DNA of 45,494 bases, from the NCBI GenBank assembly GCA_032718475.1, contig JAUCBJ010007465.1, forward strand, positions 1-45,494. Direction: 5' to 3'. Position 1 is the stretch's first letter; every line of letters begins with the position of its first letter. Positions 37,301 to 45,494 of this stretch are shown here, in pieces. Source of the DNA: Nemertoderma westbladi. Lineage: Eukaryota; Animalia; Xenacoelomorpha. The position numbers and the translations under genes were made by a program. The notes below the pieces were generated by a model. The model did not search any database, was not told the DNA's origin, and saw only the letters and a list, made by a program, of their open reading frames with translations.

Positions 37301-37535
37301 GTGGACGACCTGCCATAACATATATATAGTCCGCTTCGCGCGTAAGTTGTTCCTGGGACATCGGCGGTTCGATATAACGACCATCGTCCTCCGTAGTCGT
37401 GGACGACCTGCCATAACATATATAGATCAACTTGAAAGGGATACTGAACTTGGGAGAAACGAAATTGCGACAACTATGGAGAATCGGGAAGCCTGGAAGG
37501 ATCTCATTTCCACTGTCCGAGTTCGCTCGACCTAG
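34396..37535 (+). CDS. LINE APE endonuclease-reverse transcriptase, interrupted at 37327 by a 98-bp insertion/duplication
   Basis: APE motifs TMNARTL, DIICIQEH, YSPT, AGHLNA, QLDYIL, SDH; RT motifs NYRGI, FVDFKKAFDS, GVLQGD, FADD, FQYLGS. Removing the insertion restores …RGRPAITYI-DQLERDT…REAWKDLISTVRVRST*. Confidence 0.93.
37294..37424 (+). other. 33-bp direct repeat / 65-bp foreign insert / 33-bp direct repeat
   Basis: cgtagtcgtggacgacctgccataacatatata at 37294-37326 and 37392-37424. The insert 37327-37391 is 55/65 identical, ungapped, to 4053-4117. Confidence 0.95.
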
Positions 37536-37859
37536 TAGTAGTAGTAGAAAGGAGCAGGCAGCAGATTAGTAAAGGACCAGGTTACAGAGGCGTGTTCAGG
37601 TGTTGGCTTTGGTGGGACCCAAACAATAAACTAAAGTTAAGACATGTTACAAGATTATGGGTACGGGCACAAAAAGCTGAGGTAATAAGGGTCCGTCAAC
37701 ACAAGTAAAATATAAATCAAATATAAAGCTTCAACATATAAATAAAAATTTAATAGGCCTAAAGTAAATAACAAATCAAATACAAAATAGGCTTGGCCTA
37801 CGCCTACCCCATCCCCCAAGCTATACAGTAGTCTGTAATAAATATAGAAGGTAATGGTG

Positions 37860-37970
37860 AAAAATATCGAGACTTGAATAATATCGAGAGTAAAAATAAC
37901 GAGAGTAAAAATATCGAGAGTAAAAATAACGAGTGTTGAAAATTAACGTGATTAAAAAATATCGAGAGTG
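37860..37970. repeat. 15-bp tandem repeat (aaaaatatcgagagt-like), ~7 copies
   Basis: Directly visible repeated units. Confidence 0.8.
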
Positions 37971-38134
37971 TGTCCGACAACCGGAACCTTACCCTTCCCA
38001 AACCCACACATAGATTATACGAGTACCACGGGTTTCCCACCCAAGCCTAATGTTTGTACTGTAGGGGTAATTACTGTAGCGTTTGTACTGTAGGTGTAGG
38101 TAGGATCTACGGACTGGCTAGTTACAGGGCACAC

Positions 38135-38155
38135 GGGGGGGGGGGGGGGGGGGGG
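38135..38155 (+). repeat. G21 homopolymer
   Basis: Run of 21 G. Confidence 0.9.
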
Positions 38156-39121
38156 AACTGGGCTGCAGTGATTTCCAGGAATGTTAGTATTAGGTTACTA
38201 CGTACGCCTTCCACCAAGTCAACTCTCAAGGTATCAATACAGACATGGGACTAGGTAGATTACAAACGAGGTATACAAGAGCACGTGATTGGGGATAGGT
38301 TGGCCGCCAGGCCACACCTGTAGCAAGACAGAGGTAGCAGGGAGATGGGATATTAGCTTTACCAGAGATAGGAATGTACAATTAGGCGGTCAATATGTAC
38401 TACATTATGTAGTACGTATTTATTGTTATATTGGGGGGGGTTTCAGTAGGTTTTAGTTTTAGGTAGTAGGATTATGTACTTAATTAGGGTTTTGCTACGT
38501 ACGGGTGCCAGGCTGGGGTCTTAAACCCCAGTCTGGCTCATTACTAGGGAATATTCATCCGCGCTACCGGGGTACATTAGACACAGATTAGCAATATTGG
38601 TTCAGTTGGTTTGGTGACAAGAGTGGAAGGTGATATCGTTGTTTTATGGCACATAGTTCTTTAGTAGTACAGATTCCTTATTCATTTTACGTATTCACTT
38701 ATATTATTTTATCTTTTGTAAATGCATCTGATTTATTGTTTGTTATCTGTTTATATTCTGTCTATATTCTGTATTACTATGGTGCTGTGTAGGGATCGGC
38801 CTGCACAGACACCACACTGGAGCGTTTAGTTATCAGTTTCCTTTCCACCGGACGGGCGGGTTACCTGATTTGGGCGGTTCAGTGGGGAACTCATCATTAC
38901 GTGATATTTACGCCACTACACCAACCCAAAAATAAAACAACGTCACGAGTGGGGGCTGTCTCAGAAAACGACAGCCTCGATAACGACACGACAAAGACCC
39001 GCGACGCGGCTTCCCGCGAACCGGTAGAGTGGCCTTAAAAAACTGTAAGATAGGCCAAAAAAGTATTCCATTATTCCGTAACTCAGACCTGTCAGTCCCT
39101 CCATAGGCTACCGTACCTAGG

Positions 39122-41615
39122 ATGTCAGACAGTCTACTTTCTGGCAGTCAGCCAGCGACGGCACCTGGCCAGGTTGAACCCGGGGTTCAACCCGCCACTG
39201 GCGGGGCAGCAATGGCTGCCCCAGCTACAGCCTCGAGTCCCTTCTTGGACTTGAGCAACCCGGTATCGGGGCGCGGCAGCCCCGTGGGCCCGAGCTCCCG
39301 GGAATCCCCGCCTATCCCGTCGACGGAAGAATCCGTCGGGCGGCCGGCCGGGACCACGACACCCGATGAAACACGGACGTGGATAGACGAGTTAATCACG
39401 GCAACGACGCAGTCACTCCCGACTGAGTTACCACAACGAGGAGAACCGCCATCACCTCCCGCCGGTCCGGCACGGTTCCCAGAGGAACACCAACGCCGGG
39501 AGAGATCGAGATCACCTCCCTCCAGACCGGAGCCGGCGATAGATGACGACAAGGGAAGCGGGGTGGACCCAGACCGGGAACCCTCGCAATTAATCCCAGC
39601 ACTACCCAAACATCCAGCCCGAGGACGCTCGCGAGAAAGAGGCGATCGGACGAACCCGATGGGACGGCCCAACGGGACAACGAACCGGAGGAAGCTCCGT
39701 TCTTCCTCGGACCCCAACCGGCCCCCAGCGCAGCTTGACACAGGGGTGATCGAGCGAGCGGGGCGACAGTTTCGATTACAGCGAAGACGATTGGAGACCT
39801 GGGCGACTGCCGGACGACCGGATATCGACCTGGCGGCAGCCCTAGAAGTAGTCAACGATTACCTCAGGATTCTTGGAGAGCAAGGCGCCGAGGAGGAAGC
39901 CAAACACTGGGAGACGGACATCGGGGGAATATTGGACGATGCGTTTGATAAATGTTTATTCAATCAACAGGTAAGGGTGGGAAACATTTTTATAGGGATA
40001 CCCAGCCAGCCACAAAACGGCTGGACTGGCATAACCCTAGCCGGTGACGGCATAGACCAGGATGAGATACAACCTGGGGACAGTGCGAGTCAGCCGCGTG
40101 GTTCAAATTCGAACGCGTCTGACTCCATTCAAAACCGAGTGGAGTATGAAGAGGCTCTCTTTGAGATGGAAAGGCTCGACCGAGAGGAAACTCTTGAGCG
40201 AGAATTAATGAACCAAAAACTTGAATGTGAGAGGGTTGCGAGTGAGACGGCCCAGAGAGCGAGTGAGACGGCCCAGAGAGTGATTGAGGCGGCCCAACGA
40301 GCGAATAGGGAGGCCGATGAGGCGGCCCAACGAGCGAATAGGGAGGCCGATGAGGCGGCCCGACGAGCGGACCGCGAGGAGATAGCGAGAGAGAAATTGC
40401 GGGCTGATAATAAAGTGAGAGATGAGGCGCGTTTATTAGCGATACGTAAGTTAGCGATGGCGCAAGCGCGCGGGGTGAAGGGGGGCTCCACTGCGGGTAG
40501 CGGTGTGGGGTCCAGAGTGAGCAATAACAGTGTACGTTCAGCGAGAGCGAGTCCGGGCCGACGAACTAGCGAACTGAGCAGACCCGCCTCGGTAATAGGG
40601 CTCCATAAGGGCCCAGCTCATCCGGCTAGAAAACAGCCGGTTGGGCCGGGTGGAGCCCGTGTGACAGGGAGTGGTGAATTTGGGGGTGTACCGGTAGGAG
40701 TAGCTGCAGCAACTATAGCACCCACAGTAAGCACCCCACCGATAGTTGTAGTACCTACGGTAGTAACTACACACACCACTACACCTACTATAAGCACTAC
40801 ACCTAATATAATTCCCACAGTTATAAGAGGAACGAGTTTTTACGGCGGCCCGGGTATTTTTACGGGTCCGCCTCCGCCTGGTGCTACCAGGAAGGGCGGC
40901 CCGGGTATTTTTACGGGTCCGCCTCCGCCTGGCGCAGCCAGGATCACAGCGATACAGGAGCTGCCTCCGGCTGCCATGAAACCTCCCCAGGTAGCGCCGG
41001 CCGTAGTGGTCGTCGATACCGACGAGGTAAACGAACCGAGAGGAACAGCAATGTATTACCCCACCCAGAATCGGGGTGGGCTCCCAGCAGAGGAGGCGAC
41101 ACAGGGGGAGCGAGAAGGACAGCTCCAGGTTGGACAGGGGGAGCCCGCAGTAGGGTTCCGAGTAACACAGGGGGAGGTAGACACCGCCTCCACACACACA
41201 CAGAGCCACGCCTCGAGGGAGGCGGACCACCAGGGTTTAAGAGTGCTAACCTCCCTCAAACTTCTGCAAGATAATACTGGTAAGTTAATTATCGCAGAAC
41301 AAGGGGAACAGGGAAGTTCCCCTACGGCGAACTCGAGGGGACTCCGAGTAGGGGCCCCAGAATTCGCGCCGGCGGTAGACAATACCGCCAGCCGGGGGAG
41401 AGTGAACAGACAGAGCGGGACCGTCGGCTTTGCACCGCGGACGGCCCCGACAATCAGTGAGACTGCAGCCCGAGCAGGGGACCTGCAGACGGACAGAGGG
41501 GACGGACGGGAGTCGGCCTCCGAGAGGCCCGACGCAACCGCCCACAGGGGTAGGCCAGAGTCGAGGTATCTGGCGGAGCTCTGCAGAAAAGGGGGCTCAC
41601 CGAGCCCCCCCCCCC
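39122..41615 (+). CDS. BEL/Pao Gag N-terminal part (low-complexity and coiled-coil), frame 2
   Basis: Long ORF 39122-41839 with IQPGDSASQ, AAQRANREADE repeats and duplicated GGPGIFTGPPPPGA. It most likely shifts frame at the C11 run 41605-41615. Confidence 0.8.
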
Positions 41616-44600
41616 ACGAACAACAATGCGTTCATTTGGAAATTCTGAATGGCCCCAACAGAATTCCATATATGAAAGTACAACTCACCCAGACCCTCCC
41701 CCTTCAGGGAGGCGAACGGGCGAGTCCCCAGCTAGAGAACAATACCCGGATTACCCACGGCCGGGAAGTCGGTTGGGTGAGCCGGGGTTTGAGCTACCTC
41801 CGCTTGCGTACCCTACCAACGGTGTCGGACGGTATATAGACCCCTTCGGACCGTCGGAGGAGCCCACGTCAACACGGGCGGACTCATCACCGCGCGTGTA
41901 CAATGACACAAACTCAACCCACGATAACGAGGCGGTTTCGACAGCGAAAATGCTCCACATTATACGTGAGCAGAATGAGCTGCCAAAATCCTTAGCCTTT
42001 AAATTCGATGGGAAACACCCCGAGGAATACATACAATTTCGGGCTCTGTTTTCCAACGAAATTCTAACAAAGGAAATGTCAGACACCCGCCGACTAACCT
42101 ATTTGGCGACTTATCTAGCGGGTGACCCGAGGAAACTCGTTAATCGTTTCCAGGGCCAGTTGAATGGGTTCAGGAAGGCCTGGAAGGCGATAGAGGATCG
42201 GTATGGCGATCCGGAACAGATCATTGATGACGCCATATTTCACCTCACTGATGGGGTGAGGGTTGAAACACCAGACGAGATGACCGAATACAGCGATCGA
42301 ATAAATCAGCTGATTAATTCCATCGAGACGATGGGCGAGACCTACCATCTCAAGGCGGGCGGGCTGCTGAATCAAGTGGTTGATGTACTACCACTACATC
42401 TGCGTCGCAGCTGGGCGCAGCAAGTGACAAAGATTACAGCTACGCAACATCGCCGAGCAACGCTAGGAGAATTTGCGGACTTCATGGAGTACAAGGCAGC
42501 GAGCGCTAATCAGCGCTGTCTAAAATACCCCAAGGATAAAGGGCGAAGTCGACAGGAACAAGGAGACCGTGGGAAAAGGGAATACCCCACGGGTCGTTTC
42601 AAATCCAATTGGAAGTCGAGCAATACCCAAAAATTCGCCTGTAACAACGTTGGGGACAACAACTACAGGGGTAGACTGTCGGAACCGGCGCATAATCGAG
42701 CGACGGGCCGATCGCCTTCGCGGGAGAGCAGTCGGGGCGGGTCGACCCCACCAACTAACAATCGACAGGTCCGCTTCGAGGAATCTAAAAGCGGAAGCGC
42801 CCCACCCACAGCGAGCAGGGGAAGTGGGCAATGGGTAAAAGATGTCTTCCATATAGACATCGGGGAGTTCCCTTTCAATGAAGAAAGGTATTGCCAGTTC
42901 CATAGGGGAACGTCTCACAGAACGATTGAGTGCAGAAACTGGCAGAAGATGGACGCCGACACACACAAGGCGTATGCTAGGAAGCATCACTTGTGTTGGA
43001 CTTGTGCCCGAACAGGGCACTCTGGGCGGGCATGCCCATACGATAGTAAGAACACAGAGGGGGACGGTAAGTCCACCGAGCAGCAGGCGCATAAACATGC
43101 GGATAGTAGGACAGCGGGGGAGAGGGTGGCCGATAAGCAGGTGGCCTTCCCTGTCTTCCCCATGAGACGGAGGTTGCGGAAACCACCGAAGATTAAACCC
43201 TATGTGTACCTGAGGATTGTTGCATTAGCGGTATGTGATAACCGCGGCCAGCAGGTAACCACTTTGGGGCTCTTAGACGGAGGTTCAGCGATAACGATGA
43301 TGGACAGAGTGGTTGCAGACCGCCTTCAAGTTAAACGAAGGAAGGCATTTATGCAACTTTGTACCATCGCCAACCCGGACAGAGACGTAGAGTACGACTT
43401 GATTCTATGTCGATTCAAATCTATTGTGACATATTCCCAATATAAGTCGGACCTTGTTGAAGCTCGGGTTCTACCCGAGCTCAACGTACCGGCAGACCGG
43501 CCCTCGGCCGATGAAATTCAACAATACACACACGCCCGAGGACTGAACTTTAACATACCCAATGACCTGGATGTACCCTATGTATCAGTACTCATTGGTA
43601 TAGATTGCCCAGGTTCTCACCGGCTACTGCAGCCTTCCATCGAAGGACCAGACCCCGAAAGGGACCCCCAGGTCATGCTAACCCCATATGGTTGGTGTAT
43701 GACGGGACCTGTAAAGGACATTGATGAGCAGCCCGACAGACACAGTGCAGGGCTGGCTAGACCAGTCTTCACCGTGGCCGGGAAAGGGCACCCCACCGAG
43801 TCTTCGGAACTCACATTGGAGGAGGTCCGAGAACGAGAGGAAGAAACCAGGCGCGACCTAGAAAGGCTCTATGACATAGATACCGAGGGCTTATATAACC
43901 CAGCCGTGGGCGCCTCACAGGCGGACAAGATATCGACCGATGTATTGAACAGGGAGATGATCTTGAGCGGCGGGCATTACTCAGCTCCAATGCTCTGGAA
44001 AGATCGAGCAGTACCCTTGGTTAACAATAGAACCATGGCGGAGATGAGACTCAACCGACTCAAACGGTCATTGACTAAACACCCTGACAAACACGAATTT
44101 GTTGAGAAACAGATTCAGAAGTATATAGACAAAGGGTGGGCCCGTAAACTCACGGCGGGGGCACCCGAGTCTCCTCGAACTTACTATCTGCCCCTACACG
44201 TTACCAAAGGGGCATCCAAGCTGCGACTGGTCAATGACGCAGCGGCGAAATACTTGGGTAAATCGCTTAATGACTACTTATTAGAGGGACCCAATGTTTT
44301 CAATAGCGGGGTTGACATCCTGCTAAGGTTCCGCATGGGCCTCTACGCCTTCACATGTGACGTAGAGGCCATGTTTCACCAGGTCTTCGTTTATGAAGAC
44401 GACGCGGACAGCCAGCGTTTCCTGTGGTATAGTGGGGATCAGCTGGACACAGCGCCGGAGGTGTACCAGATGTTGGTACATATCTTTGGGGCTAAGTGTT
44501 CTCCATGTGTGGCCACCACAGCACTACGACGCACTACCGCGAGTGAGTCGGTGGCTCCGCCAGTGAGAGACTTTATAACAAACGATTTTTATGTTGACGA

Positions 44601-45494
44601 TGGGATGAAGTCGGGTAACTCCGAAGCCGACCTCATCCAGCTGGCCATCACGGCCCGCGACTGCCTTTCCACGGGCGGTTTCAACCTTACCAAGTTCCGC
44701 TCCAACTCGCCCAAGTTCATGTATGCGATGGACAAGGAAGAGGGAAAGGTATCAGACCCGAGCGCCGACGATGACAATGGCGACCTCCTGGGGGGAGATA
44801 TGGGGCAGCCGGCCTCATACATCCCACCAGACTGTGCCAACCCGGAGACCACCTCGGCACTGGTAACATCAGACCCGAGTAAGCCAGACTCTCGGGTACT
44901 GGGCATCTCCTGGGAGAAAGCCTCAGACGTACTAGAATACAAGTTTAAGGCTCCTCTTCAGGTGGTACATACGAGGAGGGCCTACTTGTCTTTCATTTCA
45001 CGGATATATGACCCACTGGGCCTTGTGGCACCAAACATACTTGTAGGAAAACAGATTCTGAGGGAGGTGACTTTAGACAATGGAGCGTGGGATGCTCCGG
45101 TGTCTGCCAGGATGGCCGACAGGTGGAACGCCTGGTTAATGAGCCTGGAACAAATATCCCGTCTCATTATCCCACGGCCTTACTTTCCAAACGGGGACAT
45201 GGCAGCTGTAGAGCTACATGTGTTCGCGGACGCCTCCAGCGTGGGGTATGGGGCAGTTGCCTACTTGCATCAGCAGTCAGCCAAATACCGCCCACGTCTG
45301 GTCTATAGCAAAGCAAGGGTAGCACCCAAAGCACAGGCCACCATACCGCGCCTAGAACTAATGGCGTCGGTACTGGCCGTGCAGATGGCCCAGGTCATTA
45401 TAAGGGCCCTGGGGTGCATCGTACTAGTGAGATATTGGATTGATGCCACCACGGTGGTGTTATACATCAGCCACCCGAGTAGGCGATTCAAAGT
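41554..45494 (+). CDS. BEL/Pao Gag core-protease-RT-RNase H (frame 1, open to window end; absent from the ORF track)
   Basis: Manual translation has no stop: KFDGKHPEEY…EDRYGD, CQFHRGTSHRTIEC, CWTCARTGHSGRAC, GLLDGGS (~43270), KLRLVNDAAA, SLNDYLLEGP, FYVDD (44587-44601), IYDPLG, LHVFADAS (~45215), TIPRLEL. Confidence 0.93.

Larger units (their letters stand above)
33970..37547 (+). mobile_element. RTE-type LINE, near full length, ending in (TAG)5
   Basis: Single APE-RT ORF with no ORF1 and a structured 5' UTR. The ORF stop runs directly into the tagtagtagtagtag tail (37533-37547). The 5' boundary is approximate and no TSD was found. Confidence 0.85.
39122..45494 (+). mobile_element. Second BEL/Pao LTR retrotransposon (gag-PR-RT-RNase H), extends beyond the window
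   Basis: Coding motifs as described in the two CDS entries below. The LTR/leader probably lies in 37548-39121, but its boundaries cannot be fixed without the second LTR. Confidence 0.92.

Noticed and set aside
38950-38962. tgggggctgtc as a tRNA-Pro PBS of the second BEL
   Set aside because: Only a partial match, ~10 nt from the nearest ACA end; cannot be supported without the second LTR.
43003-43020. Resemblance to a tRNA-Lys primer-binding site (gcccgaacaggg)
   Set aside because: Lies inside the zinc-knuckle codons, lacks the TGG start and is not next to an LTR.
39187-45491. Numerous antisense and alternate-frame ORFs over the second BEL
   Set aside because: Expected by-products of GC-rich coding sequence; no independent motifs.

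Overview
Eukaryotic, probably invertebrate-animal, repeat-rich genomic DNA. It contains the 3' end of a + strand host gene that the ORF track misses: a 219-nt exon (17822-18040) encoding the second half of a C-terminal cystine-knot (mucin/vWF-type CTCK) domain, and a probable terminal exon (33201-33268). The ~15.2-kb intron between them is almost completely filled by a 44/47-bp satellite (~335 copies). Upstream, on the - strand, a CRE-clade non-LTR fragment is interrupted by a BEL/Pao LTR retrotransposon. That element has ~2.48-kb near-identical terminal repeats, an open gag-protease ORF that has lost RT, most of RNase H and integrase, and an unexplained accessory ORF region. Downstream are an RTE-type LINE (APE-RT) and a second BEL/Pao element with RT and RNase H, which runs off the window end. 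The most striking observation is a 65-bp antisense piece of a homolog of the BEL accessory ORF inserted in the LINE 3' end between two exact 33-bp direct repeats. It differs from the in-window BEL copy mostly at synonymous positions, which suggests the accessory ORF is a real, selected gene and that sequence has passed between retroelement classes. All alignments and translations were done by eye; no database searches were run.
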